Positions 13,879-24,201 of a stretch of 64,000 nt of DNA are shown here, one piece after another. The translations under genes and the position numbers were made by a program. The notes beneath the pieces are model-generated. The model saw only the letters and a list, made by a program, of their open reading frames with translations, had not been told where the DNA came from and searched no databases. Within the stretch, counting starts at the first letter, position 1, and each line of letters begins with the position of its first letter. This DNA comes from an uncultured Leptospiraceae bacterium (lineage in GTDB: Bacteria > Spirochaetota > UBA4802 > JAGODF01), in assembly GCA_964627815.1 (NCBI GenBank), contig CAZVKE010000008.1, positions 182,116-246,115 on the forward strand. Reading direction: 5' to 3'.

Positions 13879-16848
13879 TCATGAATCTCGGGACGTACGT
13901 TTCCTGTTCCTGAATGAACAGCTTACGATCGTGCCCCCGTTTTCCGGGTGAAGGATTTCGAAGGTCGCGTTGATGATGTCGGCCCGGTGCCTCATGAGGT
14001 TGAGGCCCAGGCCCTTTCCCGCCCTTGTGCCTTCGTGGAATCCCGTTCCGTCATCCCGGACCATAAAACTGACGGTATCTTTATCCTGGTGGAATGCAAT
14101 TTCAATCACTTTTGCGTGGCTGTGTTTGACGGCGTTGTTCACCGCTTCCTTTACGATGTAGTAAACGTGAAGCGCCACGCTGCTCTCCTGGATCTGGATC
14201 GGGCAGTCGCAGTGAAGCCTGCACGATATCCCGAAAAGCTCTTCAGTGTTCATGGCCAGTTCCTCGAGCGCGTCCATGAGGCCGCGTTTTTCGAGGCTGA
14301 CCGGATTGAGCCCTTTCGAAAGGATGCGCGTCACGTCGATGGCCATGTTGATCAGGTCGGTGATTTTCGTGGCGTCCTCGATCTCGCCGAGTTTTTTTTC
14401 CTTGAGCTTGCTTTCCAGCACCTTGCTCATGAAGGCGATGCCCGTAAGGTGCTGGCCCAGGCCGTCGTGCAGGTCGCGGCCGATACGCTGCTGCTCTTCG
14501 GCGCTGATCTGGAGGATTTCCCTCGTGAGCTTGCGTCTCTCGGTGATGTCAAGGATCGAGCCGACATGGAGGTTGGTGTCGGAAATGATGGAGAAATTTC
14601 CGATACACTCTCGCACCTCGCCCGATTTGTTGATATAGGAGAACTCGACCTGAAATGGCGCCGATTTAGGGTCCTTCATGCTGCGTTTCTGGTACTTCAT
14701 CAGCATGTCGAGCTCTTCTTCCTGCACGAAGTCGGTCCATTTTCGTTTTCCCTCGATTTCCTCGCGGGAGAAGCCGGTCAGCTGCTCCATTCTCCTGTTC
14801 ATGAGCGTGATGGTCATCCTGTTGTCGAAGATGATCATCGCGGTGCCCGAGGTTTCGAAAATCGTGCGGTATTTCTCTTCGGACATGCGAAGTTCCGCCT
14901 CCATGTATTTGCGGACCGTGATGTCGCGGCAGGCGGCATGGAACAGCTTCTTGCCGTGGACCGATATCGTAGTGAGGGTTATCTCGATCGGAATGATGCG
15001 CCCGTTTGACTGGAAGAAATCCCACTCGAAGTTTACGCTTCCCTTCCGGAGCGCCTGGGTGATGTTGTTCCTGTCCTGTATCACGGAAAGCGTGCCGTCA
15101 GGCTGGTGTTCGGGGGAGATATCGGAAGGGTGTTTTCCCAGAATGTCTTTCTTGTCGGAGTAGCCCAGGAGCCGCAACGCCGAATGGTTGCAGTCAATGA
15201 ATACGTTGTCTTCAAGGATCAGCTGCCCGTCTTCGGACTGGTCGAAGAGGCGGTGAAACTTCTCCTCGCTCTCCTTGAGCGCCTTTTCCGTCTCCTTCAG
15301 CGCCGTGATGTCCCTGATTGCCTCTATCCCCCCCACCATGTTGCCGCTCGAATCGCGGATCGGTGACGCTTTCCCCCAGAGGTACGCGCCGGACCCGCTG
15401 CGCAGAAGGGGCGAATACGATTCGGCGTACAGGATGTTTCCTTCCTTTGCTACATTTTCATATCCCATGTCGTCGAGCCGCTCGGGGGAATCGAGGAGAT
15501 CGATAAGGATCGGGCGGATGTACCCGTAAAGAGGAAGGGAATACTCATGGCCGGACTTGCCGAGTATGTCTGCCTTGTGAACGCCGGTTAAAAGCTCCAT
15601 TGCCCGGTTCCACGCGATGACCCGTTTGTTGCGGTCGATAACAAACGTCGCGTCGGGAAGGAACTCGATGATGTCATTGAGGCGGCCGATCGCCTCTTTC
15701 CGCTCCTCATGCGCCTTTCGCAGCTCGGTGATGTCGCGGATTATCGAGATCAGGCACGGACGGCCTTCGATCTCGATCCTTTCGGCCGAGAAGAGCGTGT
15801 CCAGCGTTCCCTCTTTCAGGTTGAATTTGATCTCGAGGTTTCGGATCGGTTCGCCTTTACTGATCTTATTAAGTATATCCCCGCGTATTGATTTTTCGGG
15901 CCACAGGTTGAGTTCAATCGAGGTTTTCCCTATGATCTCCTCGCGTGAGTATCCTGTTTTCCTGATAAACTCCTCGTTAACGTCGATAAGCGTCCCGCTA
16001 TCGATAGTGCTTATCGCCATTGAATCGGGGCTCGACTGGAATATTTTATAGAATTTATCTTCCGAGCGACGGAGGTTTTCCTCGAGGATTCTTCTTTTGG
16101 TGATGTCGATCCCCACGCAGAGGATCTCTTTCATTCCTGTCTCGGGATCGGTAATGACGCGGTTGTTCCACGATATCCAGGCGCGTTCGCCGCTCTTTTT
16201 GATGTTCTCGTTTTCGTTGCTCGAATACTTTTCGGGGTTTTGTATTATGTCCTGTAATAATTCGGACAGATCCCGCCCCTGCGAATCGATCATCGGCACA
16301 ATTGTTCCCAGCCCGCTTTTGCCGAGCACTTCTTCGGCGGTATATCCGAAAAATGACTGCGCGAATTCATTAAAGAAAGTTATTTTCCATTCAGCATCCA
16401 TTCGCAGAATGATGCTGTTGGCGTTTTCCACCAGCTCGCGGTACTTCTTTTCGCTTTCCTTGAATTTTTTCTCGATCCCGTGCTTGTGCAGCGCCATCTC
16501 GATAGCGGAGAAAAGCTCGTCGTCCTTGAACGGCTTGACAATGTATCCGTACGGGACCGCGGATTTTGCCCGTTTCAGTGTCTGCCTGTCGGCGTGCGCG
16601 GTCAGGAAAATGACAGGAATGGCGAACTCGGTTTGTATGATACGGGCGGTCTCAATGCCGTCGATATTCCCCTGGATGACAATATCCATAAGGACGAGGT
16701 CGGGCCTCTGAAGGGTGACGGACGCTATTGCTTCCTGGCTGGTTGTGGCGATCGAGGTGATGGAGTATCCAAATGTCTCCAGCTTCTCCCTTATATCAAG
16801 CGCGGTAATGCTCTCATCCTCGGTGATGAGGATCGCTGGTCTTTTCAT
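13879..16848 (-). CDS. Hybrid sensor kinase: N-terminal receiver, multiple PAS domains, HisKA_3 and HATPase
   Basis: 989 aa. REC (ILITEDE...LVLMDI...VKPF), repeated PAS-like blocks, NarX-type H-box (QRIGRDLHDGLGQHLTG), and ATPase N/G boxes (EAVNNAVKHS, DDGTGF, GLGLNLM). Confidence 0.9.
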   Translation of the reverse strand: MKRPAILITEDESITALDIREKLETFGYSITSIATTSQEAIASVTLQRPDLVLMDIVIQGNIDGIETARIIQTEFAIPVIFLTAHADRQTLKRAKSAVPYGYIVKPFKDDELFSAIEMALHKHGIEKKFKESEKKYRELVENANSIILRMDAEWKITFFNEFAQSFFGYTAEEVLGKSGLGTIVPMIDSQGRDLSELLQDIIQNPEKYSSNENENIKKSGERAWISWNNRVITDPETGMKEILCVGIDITKRRILEENLRRSEDKFYKIFQSSPDSMAISTIDSGTLIDVNEEFIRKTGYSREEIIGKTSIELNLWPEKSIRGDILNKISKGEPIRNLEIKFNLKEGTLDTLFSAERIEIEGRPCLISIIRDITELRKAHEERKEAIGRLNDIIEFLPDATFVIDRNKRVIAWNRAMELLTGVHKADILGKSGHEYSLPLYGYIRPILIDLLDSPERLDDMGYENVAKEGNILYAESYSPLLRSGSGAYLWGKASPIRDSSGNMVGGIEAIRDITALKETEKALKESEEKFHRLFDQSEDGQLILEDNVFIDCNHSALRLLGYSDKKDILGKHPSDISPEHQPDGTLSVIQDRNNITQALRKGSVNFEWDFFQSNGRIIPIEITLTTISVHGKKLFHAACRDITVRKYMEAELRMSEEKYRTIFETSGTAMIIFDNRMTITLMNRRMEQLTGFSREEIEGKRKWTDFVQEEELDMLMKYQKRSMKDPKSAPFQVEFSYINKSGEVRECIGNFSIISDTNLHVGSILDITERRKLTREILQISAEEQQRIGRDLHDGLGQHLTGIAFMSKVLESKLKEKKLGEIEDATKITDLINMAIDVTRILSKGLNPVSLEKRGLMDALEELAMNTEELFGISCRLHCDCPIQIQESSVALHVYYIVKEAVNNAVKHSHAKVIEIAFHQDKDTVSFMVRDDGTGFHEGTRAGKGLGLNLMRHRADIINATFEILHPENGGTIVSCSFRNRKRTSRDS

Positions 16849-17171
16849 GTGGTTCCCCGGTAGAACGGCGCCCAGTATAGGGCCGCGTAAGATGAAGCCC
16901 GCCCTTCTTTTTGTTGAAAGATAGCATGAAAGTCCGCTCCCGTAAAGCGATAAATTCCGTTTTCGGGCTGCCGTGGTGCGTTTTATTGCGCCGTAGCGGA
17001 GGATTCACCAGAGAAAGCGGCACAGGCAAAGACAAATTTTAATATAAATAATCGCGATCATAATCAAATATTTTTTCTCAATATAGTTATTGACAGAAAT
17101 ATTTTTATAGGTTCTATTTCTTAATACGCCGCGGTCGGAAAAGATCGGAGCCGTGTGCGCTATTCTCCGCG

Positions 17172-17201
17172 CTGTCATGCGCGAGGCCTTTCTTATATAA
17201 T
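17172..17201 (+). promoter_or_regulatory. Candidate sigma70 promoter for gap
   Basis: CTGTCA (17172..17177), an 18-nt spacer, then a perfect TATAAT (17196..17201), about 50 nt upstream of the gap ATG. Confidence 0.3.
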
Positions 17202-17211
17202 ATAGAAATAG

Positions 17212-18261
<1,050 letters not shown>

Positions 18262-18364
18262 GAGCGCGGATTCGTGCCGCCCCTGCGCACGGGCTCAGGG
18301 ATACTGAAAATAAGCTCCTGTCCGGTCCCGGAAGAGGACGGGGGCGGTGTGGAGCATTAATGTA

Positions 18365-19117
18365 ATGAAAAGAAGGGAAATTTTCGCCGGCAACTGGAAA
18401 ATGTATACGAATGCCGCCGAGGCTGCCGGCCTTGTCGAAGGTATTGTGAAAGGGCTCGGGGATATCGGTACTCGCGAGGTGGTGGTTTTCCCGCCGGCGC
18501 TTTATATTCGCGAGGTTGTATCCGCCGCAAAAGGGAAACTTTCGGTGGGCGCGCAGAACATCTATTTCGAGAAGGAAGGCGCGTTTACCGGTGAAACCTC
18601 TCCGGCAATGGTTAAGGATTGCGGCGCGGCCTTCGCGCTCATCGGACATTCGGAACGCCGGCACATCTTCGGCGAAACGGACGCCATGGTGAATAAAAAG
18701 GTCCACGCGGCCTACAAATTCGGGCTGGAGCCGATGGTGTGCGTCGGCGAGCTCCTCGAGGAGCGCGAAGCGGGCAGGTCCGAGGCGGTAGTGGAAACTC
18801 AGATCAGGGAGGGGCTTGCGAACATTTCGGCCGACCAGATGAAGCGCCTTGTTATCGCCTATGAGCCGGTCTGGGCAATCGGCACAGGAAAGGTCGCCAC
18901 CCCGGAAATCGCGGCGGCGATGCACGCCTTTATAAGGAAGATTGTGGAGAACCTGTACGGGAAGGAGATCGCCGAAACGGTGCCGTTGCTGTACGGGGGA
19001 TCGGTCAAGCCCGACAACATCGCCGGCCTGTACGCGGTCCCCGATATCGATGGTGTGCTTGTCGGCGGAGCGAGCCTGAAGAGTGATTCTTTCCTTGACA
19101 TTATTCATGTCAGATAA
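18365..19117 (+). CDS. tpiA: Triosephosphate isomerase
   Basis: MKRREIFAGNWKM..., IGHSERR, AYEPVWAIGTG, YGGS. The internal ATG at 18365 gives the canonical N-terminus. Confidence 0.95.
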   Translation: MKRREIFAGNWKMYTNAAEAAGLVEGIVKGLGDIGTREVVVFPPALYIREVVSAAKGKLSVGAQNIYFEKEGAFTGETSPAMVKDCGAAFALIGHSERRHIFGETDAMVNKKVHAAYKFGLEPMVCVGELLEEREAGRSEAVVETQIREGLANISADQMKRLVIAYEPVWAIGTGKVATPEIAAAMHAFIRKIVENLYGKEIAETVPLLYGGSVKPDNIAGLYAVPDIDGVLVGGASLKSDSFLDIIHVR

Positions 19118-19205
19118 ATAATTGTCTCTTTTCAGCATATAGTTCGCTATCTGGTGAGCATATCCTCCAGTGGTTTGATATTTTTTACGGGACAGGAAAG
19201 CGTAT

Positions 19206-19646
19206 ATGGGTATTCTTACGAGCATCTTGACGGTGTTGTTTTTTATTCTCTGCCTTCTTCTTATTATTATTATCCTCCTGCAGTCCGATAAAAGCGCAGG
19301 GATGGGAATTCTCGGCGGCTCGAGCCAGACCACATTCGGTTCCTCGACTGCCGACGTGATCACCAAGATCACCGCGGTCATGACGGGGCTTTTCATGGTG
19401 GGATCGCTCGGGCTTTCGGCGATTGAGGCGTATCGCGCCAGGGAATTCGATCCCAACACCGCCAAAGTGCGCGGCGGAGTGGAAAGACCCGTGGCGCCGG
19501 CCGAACGGAGCGAGGGCGCGGAGAAGCAGGGTGTAGGTGACGCAGTGAAAGCTGATGAAGGCGCCGGAAAAGACCTTCCCGCCACTGAAAAGAACGTCAT
19601 GAAAGAGCGCGAAAGCGGCCGTAGAGACGCCAACGAGCGCAGATGA
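19206..19646 (+). CDS. secG: Preprotein translocase subunit SecG with a long charged C-terminal tail
   Basis: N-terminal ~75 aa has the SecG pattern (LLIIIILLQSDKSAGMG..GGSS..FG). It follows tpiA, as in many bacteria. Confidence 0.8.
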   Translation: MGILTSILTVLFFILCLLLIIIILLQSDKSAGMGILGGSSQTTFGSSTADVITKITAVMTGLFMVGSLGLSAIEAYRAREFDPNTAKVRGGVERPVAPAERSEGAEKQGVGDAVKADEGAGKDLPATEKNVMKERESGRRDANERR

Positions 19647-19764
19647 TCTTCGCGATTGTCCGCGTGATAACTCCCGGTGCCGGGGGTCATACCTGGGTAT
19701 GACGTGCGGCATTTCTTCGGGATATCAGGATCAGTAACATATAAAGAAGATGAGGAGGAAGAAT

Positions 19765-19956
19765 ATGGCGAAGATAGTGTATGTCGATCAGGCTGAATGT
19801 ACCGGATGCGAGTTTTGCGTCGATCTGCTTCCCGAGGTCTTCGAGATGACGCCCGAAGGGGTCAGTCATGTTCGCGATCCGAAGGGAGCAAGCGAGGAAA
19901 AAATACAGGAATGCATAGACGGGTGTCCCGCGGAGTGCATCCACTGGGAAGAGTAG
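19765..19956 (+). CDS. Small ferredoxin (single Fe-S cluster type)
   Basis: MAKIVYVDQAECTGCEFC...CPAECI. GAGGAGG lies 6 nt upstream of the ATG at 19765. Confidence 0.75.
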   Translation: MAKIVYVDQAECTGCEFCVDLLPEVFEMTPEGVSHVRDPKGASEEKIQECIDGCPAECIHWEE

Positions 19957-20043
19957 GGGCGTGACCGGCCCGAATCTGGTATTCCAGGGCCGGATATGCG
20001 CATTTCGGCGGATTGTCCGCAGCATAAAAGAATCAAGGAGTGA

Positions 20044-21204
20044 ATGATGGCTGTTAAGGATTATTTGTTTACATCGGAGTCGGTTTCCGAGGGGCATCCC
20101 GACAAGGTTGCCGACCAGATTTCGGACGGCGTGCTCGATGAGCATCTGAAGGGCGATAAGAAGTCGAGGGTGGCGCTCGAAACCCTGGTGACGACCAACC
20201 GGATAGTCCTGTCCGGTGAGATTACCTCTTCGGTAAAAGTTGATTACGAAAAAATCGCGCGCGATGTCGTGACGCAGATCGGCTATACCGATCCGGAAAT
20301 CGGTTTTGACGCGAAGACCTGCGATGTCGAAGTGTATGTGCACGCGCAGTCGGCGGACATATCCCAGGGAGTGACCGAAGGCGAGGGCCTTTTCAAGGAG
20401 CAGGGCGCCGGAGACCAGGGGATGATGTTCGGTTACGCGGTCGCGGAGAGCGACGTGCTGATGCCGATGCCGATCTACTACGCGCACAGCCTGGTGCGCC
20501 ATCTGGCAAAACTCAGGAAAAACGGGGAGCTGCCCTTTATCCGTCCTGACGCGAAATCGCAGGTGACGGTTGAGTATGTCGACGGAAAGCCGAAGCGCGT
20601 TGACGCGATCGTTATATCGACACAGCATACGCCTGAAGTCGAGTATGATACTATCCGCGGCGCGATGGTGGAATCGGTCATTAAAAAGGTCATTCCGGCC
20701 AATCTTATCGACAACAATACCAAAATTTATATCAACCCGACCGGCCGCTTCGTTATCGGCGGCCCCCACGGCGATACGGGCCTTACCGGCAGGAAGATCA
20801 TCGTCGACACCTACGGCGGTATGGGACGCCACGGTGGTGGGGCGTTTTCCGGCAAGGATCCATCCAAGGTTGACCGCTCTGCGGCCTACATGGGCAGATA
20901 CATCGCGAAAAATGTCGTCGCGGCCGGGCTTGCTTATCGCTGCGAAGTGCAGATCGCGTACGCGATCGGAGTTGCCGATCCGGTATCGGTGATGGTGGAG
21001 ACCTTCGGTACGGGAACGGTGTCGGATGAGGAGATCGTAAAGCGGATCAAGAAGGTGTTCAACCTGAAGCCTTCAGGCATTATCGAGACGCTCAACCTCC
21101 TGCGGCCGATTTATCTTCAGACTGCGGCCTACGGCCATTTCGGAAGGAAAGAAGGCGATTTCCCCTGGGAAAAGACCGACAAGGTCGACCAGCTCAAGGG
21201 ATAG
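20044..21204 (+). CDS. metK: S-adenosylmethionine synthase
   Basis: [51 protein letters not shown]. The start could equally be the adjacent ATG at 20047. Confidence 0.97.
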   Translation: MMAVKDYLFTSESVSEGHPDKVADQISDGVLDEHLKGDKKSRVALETLVTTNRIVLSGEITSSVKVDYEKIARDVVTQIGYTDPEIGFDAKTCDVEVYVHAQSADISQGVTEGEGLFKEQGAGDQGMMFGYAVAESDVLMPMPIYYAHSLVRHLAKLRKNGELPFIRPDAKSQVTVEYVDGKPKRVDAIVISTQHTPEVEYDTIRGAMVESVIKKVIPANLIDNNTKIYINPTGRFVIGGPHGDTGLTGRKIIVDTYGGMGRHGGGAFSGKDPSKVDRSAAYMGRYIAKNVVAAGLAYRCEVQIAYAIGVADPVSVMVETFGTGTVSDEEIVKRIKKVFNLKPSGIIETLNLLRPIYLQTAAYGHFGRKEGDFPWEKTDKVDQLKG

Positions 21205-21235
21205 ATCCGCAATCAACAGAAGTGATCGCAACAAA

Positions 21236-21266
21236 GGCCGTATGGCGTGTGCCATGCGGCCTTTTT
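21236..21266 (+). terminator. Rho-independent terminator after metK
   Basis: 10-bp stem ggccgtatgg/ccatgcggcc (one G-U pair), loop cgtgtg, then TTTTT. Confidence 0.7.
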
Positions 21267-21357
21267 ACGTTCTTCCGGCCAGTGATTGTTCTATCCGAAA
21301 GACGCGATACTGCCGATACTAACAGTATAATGATTGCAACCGCTGAAGGGGCTAACA

Positions 21358-21498
21358 ATGAAGAGTTACCAGGTGAAAACATTCGCGTATAAATGCAACT
21401 GCGGTTTCCAGCTCAATGTGTTCGTCGATTATGGGATACCGCAGGAGTCGGTGCGCTGCCGCAACTGCTCCCGCGAGGTCGCGCGAAAAGACATGTAG
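21358..21498 (+). CDS. Candidate 46-aa zinc-ribbon mini-protein
   Basis: Below the ORF-track length cutoff. ATG is preceded by GAAGGGG. Translation is MKSYQVKTFAYKCNCGFQLNVFVDYGIPQESVRCRNCSREVARKDM, with CxC...CxxC. Confidence 0.4.
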   Translation: MKSYQVKTFAYKCNCGFQLNVFVDYGIPQESVRCRNCSREVARKDM

Positions 21499-21537
21499 GC
21501 GGATATACTGCCTGTGCGGCGGTACCGCCCGCTGTTG

Positions 21538-22293
21538 TTATTTTGCCGTGAATTCGAGATAGTACTGGTCCGTAAGGAACTCCCGCTCTTTTATCTTTCT
21601 GTATCCGGCGCGGTCGAACTCCGTGATAACTTCCTCTTTCGAAAGCCGCAGGTGCAACGGGGGGCCGTTTTTCGCGTGCCGGTGATAATCCAGAATGACG
21701 AACCTGCCGCCTTTTTTCAGTCCTTTGCCCGCCTGTGAAATATAGGGAATCCTGTCGGATATGTGATGGTACGTGTTTGACATGAAGATGAGCGTAAAAT
21801 ATCCTCCCGGCAGCTTCGGCGCGCTGCGGTCAATGAGCTCGGCGCGGAAACAGGAAAGCCCGCGCTTTTCGGCGTCCTTTCTCATGTGTTCGACGAATCC
21901 GGGCGTTACGTCATATCCGACCACCATCCCTTTCGGCGCGACCGCTTTGGCGAAGCGCCTTGCGAAAAAGCCGCTGCCCGCGCCGATGTCGGCGATCGTG
22001 TCCCCGTTTTTGATATTCATCTCGGCGACGACCCGGTCCGGCTTCTGTGATTCGATGCGCCCGGGGTCCTCAAAGCGCTTTACATAGTAGTCAGTATCGG
22101 CGAATTCGTGATCGCGTTTCTGCGCGAAGTGCGGGTCGTGGGCGCATCCCGCGTCAAGCGAGAGTATGGCGACCGCGACAAGCATGATACCGGGCGCGAG
22201 CCGTACAGCGCGTTTTTTTACGGTTTTCGGATAGATGGGTGCGGTGATCATGGCATTTCCCCCGGGCGATATATGCGGGCGCCGCGCCGGCAT
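21538..22293 (-). CDS. Class I SAM-dependent methyltransferase with N-terminal signal/lipobox-like peptide
   Basis: IADIGAGSGFFARRFA (motif I) and FMSNTYHHI. N-terminal hydrophobic segment ends in LSLDAGC. Confidence 0.75.
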   Translation of the reverse strand: MPARRPHISPGGNAMITAPIYPKTVKKRAVRLAPGIMLVAVAILSLDAGCAHDPHFAQKRDHEFADTDYYVKRFEDPGRIESQKPDRVVAEMNIKNGDTIADIGAGSGFFARRFAKAVAPKGMVVGYDVTPGFVEHMRKDAEKRGLSCFRAELIDRSAPKLPGGYFTLIFMSNTYHHISDRIPYISQAGKGLKKGGRFVILDYHRHAKNGPPLHLRLSKEEVITEFDRAGYRKIKEREFLTDQYYLEFTAK

Positions 22294-22469
22294 GCGCGGA
22301 AGGCCTGCTTCCGGGACGAATGGTGTGAGACAGGCCCGCGTCTGTCAATTCTTTACCGTTTCAGCGGCCGGCGCGCGGATGCGGGAATGTCCCGTCAAGA
22401 GAGCAAAATCCCCCCGTATCCGATAAAAGAATTGAAAAAAACGGATATTTTTTGCCATGTGTGTATTCT

Positions 22470-23942
22470 ATGAAACGGTTTCTGATTCTGATGATGGCGC
22501 TTTTCCTTCTCGCGGGCGGATCGCTCCTTGCCGATGACCGACCGGTTGAGCCTGTTGTGGTGGCGCCGCAAACTGAGCGGCCGGCAGCCGAAAAGAAGGT
22601 GCCGCAGTCGAAGAGCATGAACATCGACATGAAGGTCATTTACGGGCAATACAACAGCATGCTCTCGGCCATCAGCCTTTCTCAGGAACAGGAAAATTTT
22701 GTTTACCTGCTGAGTTCTTCATTCAAGCGGTCGAACGATTTCGGATATAACGGCGAGATCTACGAAAATTCGAGCTATTATCAGAACAATCTCGGGTTTA
22801 CGGGAAACCTGCAGGTATCGGACAGGTACCGTTTCGGGTTTGACGCCGAGGTAAACGGGGAATCACGGGGGATGTTCGATAATCCCGTGTATTCGCGCGA
22901 GGAGCAGGAAAAGGCCAAGCTTTCGGTCAAAAACACGTTTCGCTTCTCGCCTTCGTTCGAGGGTTTCTGCAATATCGGCGGCGCGCAGTACGTGCACCGG
23001 CTGCGCCCCATCGGGACGGTCGAGGACGGCAACAGCAGGCTCAACCAGGCGAACGTCGAGGCGGGCGGCGAGTATATCTGGTCGCCGACGAACCGCGTCC
23101 GTTTCAATTCTAACTTTTACGGCTATTTCTACTCCGATCCGCGGGTCAGGAACGACCGGTTTGTGGACTCGGAGATCATCGATGATTTCTATATCACCAG
23201 AAATATCGGTTTTTCTCTGGGGGCCAATTTTGACTATAATCGGGACGATACGTATCTGTTCTCACCGATAATAAGCTTTCTCATCAAGGATTACCAGTCT
23301 GCATCCATCATACTCAGTTACCGGTATGACATGGTCCCGTTCAGGCCCGAGGTTTTTTATCTTCAGCAGAAGTATATAATGCCGACCTACGACCTGCCGC
23401 CGTCACGGGTGCATCACGGCGACCTGCGGATGGAATTCCGCCTGAACAGCTTTCTCGATCTGAAATCGGTGTTCATGGCCGAGCACTGCAGCGCCTTTTA
23501 CAATTACTATCCGGTCACCGGCAACCTCCTGAGCGCCGATACGGTGCGCCTTACCCTTTATCAGTCGAAGATCGATGTCAACCTCTATCTCTTCGACCGT
23601 ATTTTAGAGTGCTCGCTGGGCTGCGAATATTCACTGTATGATGTCGATGTCAATATTACCTACCACCCGGTTCACATGCTTACCGGCGGTATCCGCTATA
23701 ATGGTGATGCGTGGAAGATCCTCTGGATGAACAGGTACAGGGGAGAGGTGTATGTCGATCCGGCCAGTGAGCGCCAGATGGGCGGCTCGATCGTCGGTGA
23801 ATTCAGCATACAGAGAAAAATGCTTGAAAGCTTTTACGGCTATATAAGAATTGAAAATCTTTACAACAGCAGGTATTATTTGCGCGACGGCTACCCCGAA
23901 CAGGGCATCAGCGTTCTCGGCGGGGTTCGTATCCTGATATAG
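22470..23942 (+). CDS. Outer-membrane beta-barrel protein (TonB-dependent-receptor-like barrel end, no recognisable plug)
   Basis: Signal peptide MKRFLILMMALFLLAGGSLLA, alternating beta-strand pattern rich in Y/F/N/D, and C-terminal IENLYNSRYYLRDGYPEQGISVLGGVRILI. Confidence 0.5.
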   Translation: MKRFLILMMALFLLAGGSLLADDRPVEPVVVAPQTERPAAEKKVPQSKSMNIDMKVIYGQYNSMLSAISLSQEQENFVYLLSSSFKRSNDFGYNGEIYENSSYYQNNLGFTGNLQVSDRYRFGFDAEVNGESRGMFDNPVYSREEQEKAKLSVKNTFRFSPSFEGFCNIGGAQYVHRLRPIGTVEDGNSRLNQANVEAGGEYIWSPTNRVRFNSNFYGYFYSDPRVRNDRFVDSEIIDDFYITRNIGFSLGANFDYNRDDTYLFSPIISFLIKDYQSASIILSYRYDMVPFRPEVFYLQQKYIMPTYDLPPSRVHHGDLRMEFRLNSFLDLKSVFMAEHCSAFYNYYPVTGNLLSADTVRLTLYQSKIDVNLYLFDRILECSLGCEYSLYDVDVNITYHPVHMLTGGIRYNGDAWKILWMNRYRGEVYVDPASERQMGGSIVGEFSIQRKMLESFYGYIRIENLYNSRYYLRDGYPEQGISVLGGVRILI

Positions 23943-24201
23943 CTGTCTGCGGCCCTTCATGCTGATAACGCGTGAACACGGTGCCATACCGCAAAAAATA
24001 TGCTAACATACCGCGCGTATCTCACTCTAAAGAAAAGAGATGTAGCAGGGCGGATTGAACTGAATTTTCTCGAAGTGTGCGGGAGGCCGGGAGGGCGTCA
24101 AAAGCCCGGCGATCGGGGCTCCCGCGCAGCAGATTGCATCTTTCAATACCCGGCAGCGCTTTGCGGCGGTGACTTCAAACAGGTGGAACGGCTTGCGTAC
24201 T

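Noticed and set aside
13948-15009. 353-aa plus-strand ORF inside the sensor kinase gene, plus similar long antisense ORFs at 48982..50019, 41466..42251, 61267..61989 and 53564..54370.
   Set aside because: All overlap strongly supported genes on the opposite strand and show biased, motif-free composition.
19957-20043. Possible SAM riboswitch in the metK leader.
   Set aside because: Only 87 nt are available. I could find just a 4-bp hairpin (gcgg/ccgc) and none of the conserved cores I remember for SAM-I, SAM-II, SAM-V or SAM-VI. An Infernal scan would settle it.
19687-20832. 381-aa minus-strand ORF opposite the ferredoxin gene and metK.
   Set aside because: It is antisense to metK, which is near-consensus throughout. 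The composition is Arg/His/Leu-rich and motif-free.
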